From the IMG/VR virus record IMGVR_UViG_3300030331_005816, positions 9,724 to 73,723 of that record: DNA of 64,000 bases. One strand, 5' to 3'. The translations under genes were made by a program, and so were the position numbers. Below the pieces are notes generated by a model. The model was not told where the DNA came from, searched no databases, and saw nothing but the letters and a program-made list of their open reading frames with translations. The DNA comes from a virus. How positions within the stretch are numbered: position 1 is the stretch's first letter; every line of letters starts with the position of its first letter. This document shows, piece by piece, positions 27,701 to 38,000 of the stretch.

Positions 27701-30700
27701 TCGTGCAAGAGATAAATTATTAGAAGATGCAAACGACATACAAAGAGTCATTAATGAAGGATTTGGTTCGGCACTTGAAAATGAGATGCCGCCTATTTTC
27801 TCAGATCCGGGCTGCGAAAATGGACTACTACCATTCGAGCCTGAAGAATCAATAAAAACTGCGACGGGTGCTTTAAAAGGTGATATGGAAAGTCTACAGA
27901 TTGCTTTTACCGACGATATGCTTGGTAATGGTGGATTGTTTGCCGGCGACGATGATTGGGGTATGATTAATATGATATTATCAGATACATTTGCCAATCC
28001 TTATACAGCACACCAAAGAAAAACTGCTAATAGTAGAAGGTTTGTAGATTTTTATCTTCCAAGTGATGATGAAGATGATGGTAATATTGCTAGCGAGAAA
28101 AGACAAAAAGGTGCATATCCACAATATGTTGCTGAATGGTTAAAATATCAATTTGAAGCTTCTAATCGTGTGGTAGACCTCCACAGTTCTTTTGCATTAG
28201 GATTTAAAGGCACAAACGATGTACAAGAGTTGGAAGTAAATAGAATATCATTTTCTGATTTGGGATTTGAAGGTTTGTTTGACACTGATGTCAACTTAGT
28301 AGAACTACAGGACTATGGATATAATGTAAATTATAATGTCAATTATGAAAAAGAATTAGTTGCAATACGACGAGCCCCCCGTAAAAAAACTGCCGACATC
28401 ACTATGAAGTTTAGAGATAATGCCAAGGGCTACAGGAAAGAACCTAACGGTCAGCCCTCATATGGTTTTAATCTCAAAGCATATTACTCGGATATACAAG
28501 AAGTAGATCGAGAAGACAGACAAGGCTTTTTCAATATACCAAATGACAACATCAGAGTTATAATTGATGAAGCTGTACTTGATGATGCTCAAACTAACAC
28601 ATCAGATGTTGTTAGACTTGATCCAAACAGTTCAGTTCCCGCTGCTGTTCCAAATCAACCAACCTTTGAAGAAGATGCCTTTGTTTATCCAAAACATGAA
28701 TTTTTTGCTATCGATACAACATTTGAAAATTTAGAAATTGATAGAGTTTTGTTCCCATTACTGTTCGATTCATTTAGAGATTCAGTTAAAGATTATTCTC
28801 CTCAAGTTTATGCTTTGGCAGATTTGACGGGTTTGCCACCTCGACGATGCAAAGTGTTGTATGATACTAACAATACAAAACTTTTTAAAGAAATAGCAAA
28901 AGAAATTGGTAAAAATGAAGAAGCATGGCAATACGGTGCAGAATTCGACGGACTATTGGAAGAAGATTTTGATTACGGAGTTGTTGTTGACGGTAGATTC
29001 GTTGATTACAAAGATCACCAAGTTCAAGAATATGATGACGACGGAAACCGTGCCGGCACCAGATCAGTTCAAAATAGTGATTCGCTTCTTGGAGTGTCCA
29101 GAGATGCATGGAAAAATCAAGACAATCCAGATAAAATCAGAGTCCATTACCTAAATCCTACTCAATTTGGTAATTCATACATGTCTCCTTCTCTTTATGT
29201 CAAGCCCTTAAAAAACAAGGGTTGGCTTGGAGCCGTTAATCTTATCTTTCCTGAATACTCTCCATGTAAACCAAGAGAAAATAATTTAATTTCATTTGAT
29301 ACGATTAAGCAAAAAATCGATCAAGTGTATCCAAGAATACCAGAAGATAATCGATTAAAAACAGATCCAGATTGTACAACTGAGATGCCATTTAATAGGA
29401 TATTGTCCAGACCGTCTAGAGCAGGCTTAGAGGCATTGGTAACTGCCACTATTAGAATTTTTACAAGTGTAAGTTATATCAAAAGCATGCCGACTTTCTT
29501 AACATTTGCACCAAAATTTAATCAAAACTATAGCAATATATATGCCTCTTATATTATTGAGCTTATTGAAGAGTCATGTAAAGAAGCTGGTGGTAACTTT
29601 TTAAGTCCTTTTAAGGATGATGAATTTTGGTATGCCTTTTTAGAACAAGCAGTGCAAGTTTACAGTAGAAGATTGGATGATGATTTAGATGATAGCATTA
29701 CCCCAGAGACCGTCCCAGAACATGTAAGGGAGGCAATAGAAAAAATTAATGATATGCAAGAGAACTATAATTATCCATCACGGGATGATTTTAAGGATGC
29801 TCCTTCTGAGGAAAAGGCAAACTTCCAATCACTTAAAAGCTTTAGGGAAGAAAAAAACCTTGAAGCTGTTCAAAGAATGGAAGAGCCTGCTAAATTTATT
29901 TTGACAGAGTTAGTGAGAGAACAACTTGAATTTGTTGGCAGTCTTTTTTCAACCAATATTAAACAAGCTGGATTTACACCAAAAGTAATTAATAATGATT
30001 ATTATCTTCTTGAAAAATTTGCTGCCGGCGGCAGTGACCTTGATTTAGCAAAAGCTGTAAGCTTTGTTGACAGAGTTGATAATTCAGAATTAGAAAGCAT
30101 TATAGAGTCAGAGGGCAGTGGCTATACAACAGGCGGCCTGTTTACACTACCAGACGGCACACCATATGCTGGCGACTATCATGTTCATATTGATTCTAAT
30201 GGTAATCCTATTTTCATGGTAGGAGAATATCATGTTGCCTCAGCTCATGATGTTTTGACTCCATATGCTAATAATGTTAAGGTGGGTTATAAAGACATCA
30301 ACGGTAATGTGCAAAATATTGGAGATATTTCAAACTATAATGATGAAATTGCTGCCGCCGGTAAAATGTTCTATATAAAGAAATTTGTAGCCATTAATGG
30401 TGAACGTCAAAATGTAGAAGTGGCAGAGAATACGATTAGATCAAGAGGTACTGCTAATATTTCTGCTTACTATCCCGGCACTATGAGAGTAGTCCGAGAA
30501 CCAACTAGTAGCAAAGTAGTAGGTATTGATGGTGACTTAGGTGTCCAACATGGACTTGAGTTTGGAATTATTAATAGTGGAAACCCAGTAAAGATCACCG
30601 ATGTGCTAATAAATGCCTTGGACTTACCGGTAAATGAATTTGAAGGACCAAAAGCAAACAGTAAACTTTTGTTGTGTTTAGTAGATAATCTTAGAGATGA

Positions 30701-31232
30701 TATTAGATTTAGAATGACAGTTGATTATATTTTCTCAATGAAGAAGGCACTTTCATTAAATGCCATTTACAATGATATTGGTTTAATGCCGTCAATTGGA
30801 GAGTTCACCGTTGATAACAATGACTACAAGTCTAAAAATCTATCTGTTAAACCCGGAGTTAGGGCCGATATCGGCGAAGATCAGAACGGTAATAGAAAGG
30901 TTGTAATCGAATCCACACCCGGTTGGGCTCATGAATCAGATAGAAACGGATTTTTTGCAAGCCCATTTTACAAAAAATGGGATGAGTGGGATCAAATATT
31001 ACTTAGAAAATCAACTAAAAGAATAAAAAAATTATTTAAACCATATTACACAAAAAGAAAGTTTGAAGTGGAAGATGATACCGATGCCGGGCCGGGCGAA
31101 CAGTTCTTGAGTATAACGAAATCTAGATTCACTCCCGTGCCCGGTGGTAATAAAATTTCTTGGTTCAAAAGAAGAAAGCTTAAACCAAACCCGTTTGATA
31201 GTAATGGACAACTCTGCAAAAAACCCAATTAA
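24753..31232 (+). CDS. very large virion/baseplate-associated protein (2159 aa)
   Basis: Long ORF immediately upstream of the gp25-like gene; N-terminal DPNGDGLPDVCD motif. Confidence 0.65.
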   Translation: MAEEKPHSSSTLVPEASDPPSSGTSPFLPYQDPNGDGLPDVCDVEVAPAQQICKDCIPNPSAIVRDWRRTDQDSPFLNAKICKYQICFNTPETTTGFVNGMSEEEADRALNDLYEKYAEPALIALLEGFQKDTGAGIVSQVLPALEYTSYDLDTRPSSRLKLLYSVNFSQIFSLPEEDIRNEDDQTDSEEDITVTYEASDMVTTNIRVRKGLNLYGRFYKVGRAVEGKKIRVKETNKLFDFEKYGDNALFTGKSPVGACLRDLDAWLNSRDYNITGIGGIFSGLGDDKVIKLDFIFSAKYKLKKLKVYTEACGTNEPDATYSSNKLKALNAKDSWKDPTAVAYFAKMKSIEQDLSARVPIPFEEFVIKHTYPEVLIDTSRTGGATSEQTIASCVGDALVNDAKELGQDIFDDVFSLADAIAYKFHKNLCQSDPTKVDEEAILKGLNIGGPAGPISDVYNMAKNQALKEVESQDSAFAELCFRMISIGTSGVACGLSPLQQLDQMYAEGLDRAGICGLMDLFLEALQCLFKGLTLEEALASIVRAALNAMGVRQIGELFIGLPPDKQAELERVVNQKLESGDIFSEGSAGQSTSDILAGKQNAPDPVILKKFKNKKPWNDKDYVEKEESNKRADNYGNMVASKAPGRPADDSRERRTIGQKLESPLGNDYQTNNVILNAYIEALMEVYQDNYLELIDFLNKFPGAKLITNVIAFMDCPTPPLFNPGFDDFFKSLQLPFCRNIAAPTFPRWENPFLYIPQLTDVLKAIFAALKKLVLCIIMKVIVTILSKVCEIIGDAICKAIELAGKVTAGLLTGNTDLAGILREAICGPDATDEQINATAIDLMANFGVGGAAFSDPERTFSFFGDVINNSNRQEGLQLMIDGPSDEQIRIADTLLEEEYQEFREALPNRSSIRSMFEGISNVVPERNKDEIRAALEMSADELLLPANPTICATPEDIENFEKVRCDLLAGRMSPEQCKVQSDRARDKLLEDANDIQRVINEGFGSALENEMPPIFSDPGCENGLLPFEPEESIKTATGALKGDMESLQIAFTDDMLGNGGLFAGDDDWGMINMILSDTFANPYTAHQRKTANSRRFVDFYLPSDDEDDGNIASEKRQKGAYPQYVAEWLKYQFEASNRVVDLHSSFALGFKGTNDVQELEVNRISFSDLGFEGLFDTDVNLVELQDYGYNVNYNVNYEKELVAIRRAPRKKTADITMKFRDNAKGYRKEPNGQPSYGFNLKAYYSDIQEVDREDRQGFFNIPNDNIRVIIDEAVLDDAQTNTSDVVRLDPNSSVPAAVPNQPTFEEDAFVYPKHEFFAIDTTFENLEIDRVLFPLLFDSFRDSVKDYSPQVYALADLTGLPPRRCKVLYDTNNTKLFKEIAKEIGKNEEAWQYGAEFDGLLEEDFDYGVVVDGRFVDYKDHQVQEYDDDGNRAGTRSVQNSDSLLGVSRDAWKNQDNPDKIRVHYLNPTQFGNSYMSPSLYVKPLKNKGWLGAVNLIFPEYSPCKPRENNLISFDTIKQKIDQVYPRIPEDNRLKTDPDCTTEMPFNRILSRPSRAGLEALVTATIRIFTSVSYIKSMPTFLTFAPKFNQNYSNIYASYIIELIEESCKEAGGNFLSPFKDDEFWYAFLEQAVQVYSRRLDDDLDDSITPETVPEHVREAIEKINDMQENYNYPSRDDFKDAPSEEKANFQSLKSFREEKNLEAVQRMEEPAKFILTELVREQLEFVGSLFSTNIKQAGFTPKVINNDYYLLEKFAAGGSDLDLAKAVSFVDRVDNSELESIIESEGSGYTTGGLFTLPDGTPYAGDYHVHIDSNGNPIFMVGEYHVASAHDVLTPYANNVKVGYKDINGNVQNIGDISNYNDEIAAAGKMFYIKKFVAINGERQNVEVAENTIRSRGTANISAYYPGTMRVVREPTSSKVVGIDGDLGVQHGLEFGIINSGNPVKITDVLINALDLPVNEFEGPKANSKLLLCLVDNLRDDIRFRMTVDYIFSMKKALSLNAIYNDIGLMPSIGEFTVDNNDYKSKNLSVKPGVRADIGEDQNGNRKVVIESTPGWAHESDRNGFFASPFYKKWDEWDQILLRKSTKRIKKLFKPYYTKRKFEVEDDTDAGPGEQFLSITKSRFTPVPGGNKISWFKRRKLKPNPFDSNGQLCKKPN

Positions 31233-31259
31233 GTATATTTAGTACAGTAGGATAACAAT

Positions 31260-31628
31260 ATGTCTTCGTTAGCAATAAAATTACCTTTGATAAGAGATGA
31301 TATAGATGGCTTTGAAACAGTAAAATCATTTCGTAGTTTAGTAAAACAAAATTTTAAAATGTTGCTCTTAACTGATCAAGGTGAAAGAGTAATGGAACCC
31401 AATTATGGTGTTGGGTTAAAAAAATATTTATTTGAAAACTTTGATCAATCTACTTTTTCAAGAATTGAAACAGACATACTTGAACAAGTATCAATATACA
31501 TGCCGATAGTGGCAATACAAGAAATATCTTTTCAACCATCAGATAGGTTCAGCAATAGGCTGAACATTAAAATAGCTTATGCTATCCCTGAGATTGCTGC
31601 GAAAGATTTGCTGCAATTTACTATTTAA
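31260..31628 (+). CDS. baseplate wedge protein, T4 gp25-like
   Basis: VKQNFKMLLLTDQGERVMEPNYGVGLKKYLFE...YMP. Confidence 0.9.
   Translation: MSSLAIKLPLIRDDIDGFETVKSFRSLVKQNFKMLLLTDQGERVMEPNYGVGLKKYLFENFDQSTFSRIETDILEQVSIYMPIVAIQEISFQPSDRFSNRLNIKIAYAIPEIAAKDLLQFTI
31621..31628 (+). promoter_or_regulatory. putative late promoter CTATTTAA
   Basis: Variant of the CTATTTAT motif 22 nt before the gp6-like start, just before SD GAGG. Confidence 0.45.
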
Positions 31629-31642
31629 ATTGAGGATTTAGA

Positions 31643-33439
31643 ATGCCAAAGAAACAAAAAGACCTTTTACCAATTGATTATACTCATAGAGAATTTTCAA
31701 CCATTCAGCAAGACTTAATTGAAATAGCTGAAAGGTTTTATCCTGATACATTTCAAGACTTTAGTGAAGGCTCTTTTGGTGCACTTATGATTGATGCCGT
31801 ATCATATGTCGGCGATCAACTTTCATTTTACATGGATTATAATGTTAATGAATCTTTCATGGACACCGCTTTTCAGTATTCTAATATTGTCCGACACGGT
31901 CGCACACTCGGATATAAATTTGAAGGTCGTCCATCAACATATGGCACGGTTGCTTTGTACATTCTAGTCCCTGCTTCCTCAATTGGAATCGGCCCTGACA
32001 GAGATTATTTGCCACTATTAAAAAGAGGTAGTACATTTGGAACAACAACTGGATTAAGTTTTATTCTAACTGAAAATGTAGATTTTTCCAATTCAAGAAA
32101 TTTATTCGTTGTGGCTAGAAATGATGAAACCACCGGTGCCCCAACTTTCTATGCGGTTAAAGCATACGGGAATGTAGTCTCCGGTCAGTTTGGTCAAGAA
32201 AGAGTGACTATTGGAGCTTTTGAAAAATTTAAAAGAATTACACTTGAAGCGGATAATGTGTCGGAGATAATTTCTGTTTTTGATACTGAAGGTAATCAAT
32301 ATTATGAAGTAGATTACTTGGCTCAAGACACAATATTTAAGGAAATACAAAATCCAAACTTTAAAAATGATAATGTTCCATCTATTATTAAACCGTTCTT
32401 GGTTTCAAGAAAATTCATAACTCAGTTCAATAGAAACGAAATTACACTACAATTTGGTAGCGGAAAATTTAACCAATCAAATATTGTGGAAAACCCACAG
32501 AATGTTGCTGTAGATGTTTATGGTAAAAACTATGTTACTCAAACAACATTTGATCCAAGTAGATTATCTGAAAATGAAAGCTTCGGCATTGTTCCAGCGA
32601 ACACAGAATTAATAATCACATACCGTGCGAATAATCCAACAAATTCTAATATAGCCGCTGGTAATTTAAATACTGTTTCCGAATCTAGCTTGTTTTTTAA
32701 TGATGAACAGTCACTTTCAGCAACAAAATTAAATCAAGTTATTTCCTCTATTGAGGTAGAAAATGAAGAGCCAATCGTTGGTGATATCTCTTTGCCAACA
32801 TCCGACGAAATAAAACAAAGAATTTATGACACTTTTCCAACTCAAAATCGAGCTGTAACTCAAGCTGACTATGAAAACATCTGCTACAGAATGCCTGTAA
32901 AGTTTGGTTCAATTAAACGAGTTTCAGTGCAGAAAGATGTTGATTCTCAAAAAAGAAATCTAAATTTATATGTTATATCTGAGGATGTAAACGGCAAACT
33001 TGTAATAAGCAATTCAGTTATAAAAAACAACTTAAAAACTTGGATTAATCAATATAGAATGATTAATGACACTGTTGATATTTTAGATCCATTTATATTA
33101 AATTTTGGAATTGATTTTGCTGTTCGTGCACAAGAAGCCGCTGAAAAATTTACTGTATTAGAAAGTTGCATGGCCGCCCTTAAAACTAATTTTGAAAAGA
33201 CATACTTCATTGGTGAATCTTTACACATAAGTGATATATTCAATGTTTTAAAAGAAGTATCTGGTGTTCTGGATGTCTTAAAAGTGAAAATTAATATGAA
33301 AGCCGGCGGAGAGTACTCAACTTCATCAATAGATATAAACTCCAACTTATCTGCTGATGGTTCACAATTAATAGTACCAAATAATGCAATTCTTGAATTA
33401 AAATTTCCAGAAGTTGATATTGTAGGAAAGATTAGATAA
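31643..33439 (+). CDS. baseplate wedge protein, T4 gp6/baseplate-J-like
   Basis: IDYTHREF, DFSEGSFG, SYVGDQLSFYMDYNVNESFMDTA, LGYK, FGSG, QNRAVTQADY. Confidence 0.9.
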   Translation: MPKKQKDLLPIDYTHREFSTIQQDLIEIAERFYPDTFQDFSEGSFGALMIDAVSYVGDQLSFYMDYNVNESFMDTAFQYSNIVRHGRTLGYKFEGRPSTYGTVALYILVPASSIGIGPDRDYLPLLKRGSTFGTTTGLSFILTENVDFSNSRNLFVVARNDETTGAPTFYAVKAYGNVVSGQFGQERVTIGAFEKFKRITLEADNVSEIISVFDTEGNQYYEVDYLAQDTIFKEIQNPNFKNDNVPSIIKPFLVSRKFITQFNRNEITLQFGSGKFNQSNIVENPQNVAVDVYGKNYVTQTTFDPSRLSENESFGIVPANTELIITYRANNPTNSNIAAGNLNTVSESSLFFNDEQSLSATKLNQVISSIEVENEEPIVGDISLPTSDEIKQRIYDTFPTQNRAVTQADYENICYRMPVKFGSIKRVSVQKDVDSQKRNLNLYVISEDVNGKLVISNSVIKNNLKTWINQYRMINDTVDILDPFILNFGIDFAVRAQEAAEKFTVLESCMAALKTNFEKTYFIGESLHISDIFNVLKEVSGVLDVLKVKINMKAGGEYSTSSIDINSNLSADGSQLIVPNNAILELKFPEVDIVGKIR

Positions 33440-35070
33440 TGCCAATTAAAAAATATACAGCAGATGCTGATAACACTATAGTAAATGCATTTCAACAAGA
33501 CTTGCAAACAAGGGCCACCGGTGCGAATGCAGGTGCTGCTGATATTGTTGAGGTCTACTCTGTTTTTGGCCGTCAATCCAGTGGTTCCCAAGAGCTATCC
33601 AGAGTGTTAATGCAATTTCCTGTTACATCTATCAGTACAGACCGCTCAAATGGTGTTATTCCTGCCTCTGGTTCGGTTAGTTTTTATTTGAGAGTTTACA
33701 ATGCAGAAACTAGTAGAACTGTTCCGAGAAATATGAAAATGATGGTGCATGCTATATCACAGTCATGGCAAGAGGGTGTTGGGCTTGATTTAGAGGGTTA
33801 CAAAGACTTAACTAACGGCAACGAAGGCTCTAACTGGATGTCGGCATCAAATTCAACTTTTTGGAAAGATGCTCACGGAATTGTATTGGCCGGCGGATCC
33901 TACCACACACAATCGGTACCAAATGCAGATGTGAACACAGAAGTTCATATATTTGATCAAACATTATCAACAGGTTTGGAAGATATTGAAATTGATATTA
34001 CACCGCTTGTAGAACAATGGATAGATGGCACTTATGCAAATTACGGTGTCGGCCTATCTCTTACAGCCAGTCAAGAATCATTTATTTCAGGAGCACTCAA
34101 TGGTGTAGCTAGCAGGGTTGATAGATTGCCTGACCCCGCTGACTCTTCTCAAGCTGTTATTTATAACCCAAGCGGATCGACTGTTTCGTTTTACACTAAA
34201 AGAATGTTTGCTAGAGGTACAGAATTTTTCTTTAAAAAGCCTGCCATTGAAGCAAGATGGAATAACATAAAAAGAGACGATAGAGCTAACTTCTTTTATA
34301 GTAGTTCTTTAGCATCTGGGCCAGATAATCTTAATACACTGTTTCTTTATAACTATGTGCGCGGCCGGCTTGCTAATATCCCCGAGATTGGTGCAACCGG
34401 TTCAATTATGGTTAGTCTTTATTCTGGTTCTGCTGACAACTCTGGACCATCTGGCTCCAAACTAATTCTGTTTGACGGCAAGACTAGTATTACAGGCGGT
34501 CATGTGGCAACTGGTATTTATAGTTGTTCGTTGGCTATCACAGCCGCTGCAACTCCCATACAAACTCTTTACGATGTCTGGCATAGTGGCTCAATGAAGT
34601 CAGAGCATTCGCCCACTAGTGAGTTTTCAACAGGTTCAATTAGGCCTCAATCGTTGGAAGCTGCTGAAACTGTGGATAAAGAAAGACACTTTATTAATAT
34701 TACCAACTTAGAGAACGAATATTCTAAAAATGAGACTGCTAGGTTTAACTTGTACATCAGAAATAAAAATTGGTCACCAACTATTTATGTAAAGGCAAAG
34801 GAGAACCCGCCACATTCACCAATCATAAGTGCTTCATATCGAGTATTTAGAACTCTCGATGCTCTAGAAGTTATACCGCATAATACAGGTAGTGATTTTG
34901 CTACTGGTTTATCATATGATGTATCTGGAAACTACTTTAATCTCGATATGAAATTACTACAACCCGGATTTGAATATGGTTTTAAGTTTGCTTTTTATGA
35001 TCAAGAATTCGATTCTTGGCAAGAACAAGATAAAATATTCAAATTTAGAGTGTTAAACGATGAGTACTAA
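33439..35070 (+). CDS. virion structural protein (543 aa), [ST][GA]S-rich
   Basis: Coupled to gp6; ADNTI, SRVLMQF, SWQEGVG, DITPLVEQW...NYG (DNRLRE-like beta domain). Confidence 0.7.
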   Translation: MPIKKYTADADNTIVNAFQQDLQTRATGANAGAADIVEVYSVFGRQSSGSQELSRVLMQFPVTSISTDRSNGVIPASGSVSFYLRVYNAETSRTVPRNMKMMVHAISQSWQEGVGLDLEGYKDLTNGNEGSNWMSASNSTFWKDAHGIVLAGGSYHTQSVPNADVNTEVHIFDQTLSTGLEDIEIDITPLVEQWIDGTYANYGVGLSLTASQESFISGALNGVASRVDRLPDPADSSQAVIYNPSGSTVSFYTKRMFARGTEFFFKKPAIEARWNNIKRDDRANFFYSSSLASGPDNLNTLFLYNYVRGRLANIPEIGATGSIMVSLYSGSADNSGPSGSKLILFDGKTSITGGHVATGIYSCSLAITAAATPIQTLYDVWHSGSMKSEHSPTSEFSTGSIRPQSLEAAETVDKERHFINITNLENEYSKNETARFNLYIRNKNWSPTIYVKAKENPPHSPIISASYRVFRTLDALEVIPHNTGSDFATGLSYDVSGNYFNLDMKLLQPGFEYGFKFAFYDQEFDSWQEQDKIFKFRVLNDEY

Positions 35071-38000
35071 GGATTTATTCACTAGAAATTACTTAACTGA
35101 TAAAAATGAAAAAGATGCATTTTCTGAAGTTGAATCTGCTGACAATATTAAAGAAGTAAGAAAAAAACAAACAACCTTTGTACCTAATGTTGATTACACT
35201 GACCCATTATCGTTTGCTAGATATGGTTCCGCTCGCCTTTATTATAAAAGTGCTATTGATAGAATAGTTGATTTCTATCCTTATGATGGTTCACAGGCTG
35301 AATTAAATGAGTTCCATAACAAATCTCTTGACATAGAAAAGCATATATTTGATAATCGCTACCCAAGAACAACAGGGTATGCCAACTTTTCTCCTAATGG
35401 CTGGGGTACAGCTACCTCACGACCCGGAGGATATGGCTCCTCAAATGTAAATGAGTACATTACATTTAAAGCTGGCCCAAACTCAACCAGCCAAACTGCT
35501 GCTTTGAAAAGCTTAGTTCCAGACTCAGAAACAAGCACATATCAATACAGCAATATTTACGACGAATCCCTGTACACCAATAAGGGCCTACCTTCAGATT
35601 ATGGTCAAGGAACTCGTACCTCAAACTTAAAATCAAATTTTGATACAGGTGTAACAATTGAGTTCTGGGCTAAGACAGGCTCACTTGACACATCACTTAC
35701 TGAAAAGCAAGTAATAGTTGATATATGGAATAATGAACTTAGTTCAAGTGCTCATTATGGCAGAATTACTGTTGAACTTGATGGAACTGCCGGCGGTGCA
35801 ACTCCATGGCTAGTCACTGTTGAATCTGGCTCAACAAGTGTCTTTCAACAATCAGTTGGTACAGATTTATCAATTGACACTCTGAGTGATTGGAAACACT
35901 ATAGTTTTGTTTTACAAAACAGTGGTTCTGATTTTCATATTAAGCTATATGTAGATGGCCAGCACAATGATACCGAAGTTGTATCTTCTAGGGCTGTGTC
36001 AGAAATTAATCCCGAAAATCTTATGGGACGAATTGGTGCTCTTCAAACTGCCCCCAAGGGATTGGAAGATGTATCAAAAATTTCCAACTATAGCGGTGCA
36101 GGGAAACTTAGTGGCTCAATCGACGAATTTAGATTTTGGAAAGTTGCGAGAAATGCCAAGCAAGTAGGGCAAAATTGGTTTACACAAATTAGGGGTGGTG
36201 TTAATACAGATATATCCAACACTACTCTTGGAATGTACTATAAGTTTAACGAAGGTATTACAAATTCCTCATCGTTAGATAGTGTTGTGTTGGACTACGG
36301 CGGCCGTGTATGCAATGGTACATGGACTGGGTATGTCGCAACATCCAGAAACACTGGCTCAGCCATAGTGTCTGCTTCGGCAGCCGGCAGTGAGTATCTT
36401 GACCCGATTATTTACTCAGTACATCCAGATGTAGTTTCTCTTAAAAGTGAGTTAGAAGACTTAGGAACTTTCCACGATTCGCAAAATAATAGCATGTTCT
36501 TAAAGAGTGTGCCGGCATGGATTCTCGAAGAAGCTGAAGATCTTGGAAACAGCGATCTTGAAAAATTAACACATATAATGGGTGCTTATTTTGATAAACT
36601 TTACTTGCAAATTCAAGCTATACCAAAGTTAAGACATCAAAATTATATTAGTGGCTCTGAACAACAAATTCCATTCTCCCAAAACTTACCTCAATCTTTA
36701 GGACTTCAGACACCAGAAATATTTGTTGACTCAACTGTTCTCGAAAAGTTTGCCAACAGGACCGACACACAGTTGTTTCAAGAGGATTTACAACAAACTA
36801 AAAGTTTAATTTATCAAAACATTTACAATAACTTAGCAGACATTTATAAAGCTAAGGGAACAGAAAAAGCAATCAGAAATGTTCTTAGATGCTTTAATAT
36901 TGATGACAACTTAATATACTTGAGAGCTTATTCAAACAATCAATTATTTGAATTAAAAAACAATCTCAAACAAACACAGAAAAAAACCAGACTTCTTAAT
37001 TTAAATAAGCAAACATCTACGACCGCAGTTGTATACCAAGCCGCCGATCCAAGTGTGACCGATGCAAGAGGCTTTATATCAGGATCTGAAGGACTGGCCT
37101 ATGAGGATAACTACGGCTTCACTGCTGAGGTTGGTGTAAAATTTCCCAAGTTTTTCCGCTCTCTAGACAAAATTGATAGAGAGTTTATAAACACTGTTTC
37201 CATTTTTGGTATGCACTCAGCAAGTGTTGATAATCCATCTGAGACAACTATATTCTCATCTGACACCGCCAACTTTCAAGTTCAGGCTGTGAGAGATAAA
37301 GTATATTCTAAGAATGTATTCTTTAGACTTTCATCATCTGTGACTCCTTTCCCGGCACCATTACTCACTAGTAGTTTATATTATAATGTTTATGACGATG
37401 AAAACTGGAACCTCTCTGTTGGCTTAAGACCCTCTAAATACCCGTTTGTTAACATATCGTCAGGTTCAGAAGACTTTACCTATGATTTTGTATTCCGAGG
37501 CTACAACAATAAATTAGGCACTGTTAACAATAGCTTTGAGCTTACCGCATCTGTTAGTAAGGAAGTTGGACAGAACTTCTTAAGAGCAGCGAAAAGATTG
37601 TATGTTGGGGCTACGAATGAAAACATAACCGGTTCAACTAATACTGTACAATCAGATGTTCAATATACGGATGCTAGATATTGGACCAAGTATATTGATT
37701 CTTACACTCTCAAACAACATTCGGTTGATAGAGAAAACTTTGGCTTATCTGGCTCTTACAGGAGTATTGACCCAGTAACAACACCGATAGATAACCAAAA
37801 CAGTTACAATTTTAACTCATTGGCACTTGATTGGTTCTTTGAGACTGTGACTGGATCTGATGCAGCAGGACAATTTTATGTTACTGATTTAAGTTCAGGT
37901 TCGGCACTTATAAGAAACAACTTTGGCTGGGCTGGTCAAATTGGTGGTCATCCACATACTGGCCGCGGGAAAGGATTCCAAGCCAATGATGACCAAGTTG

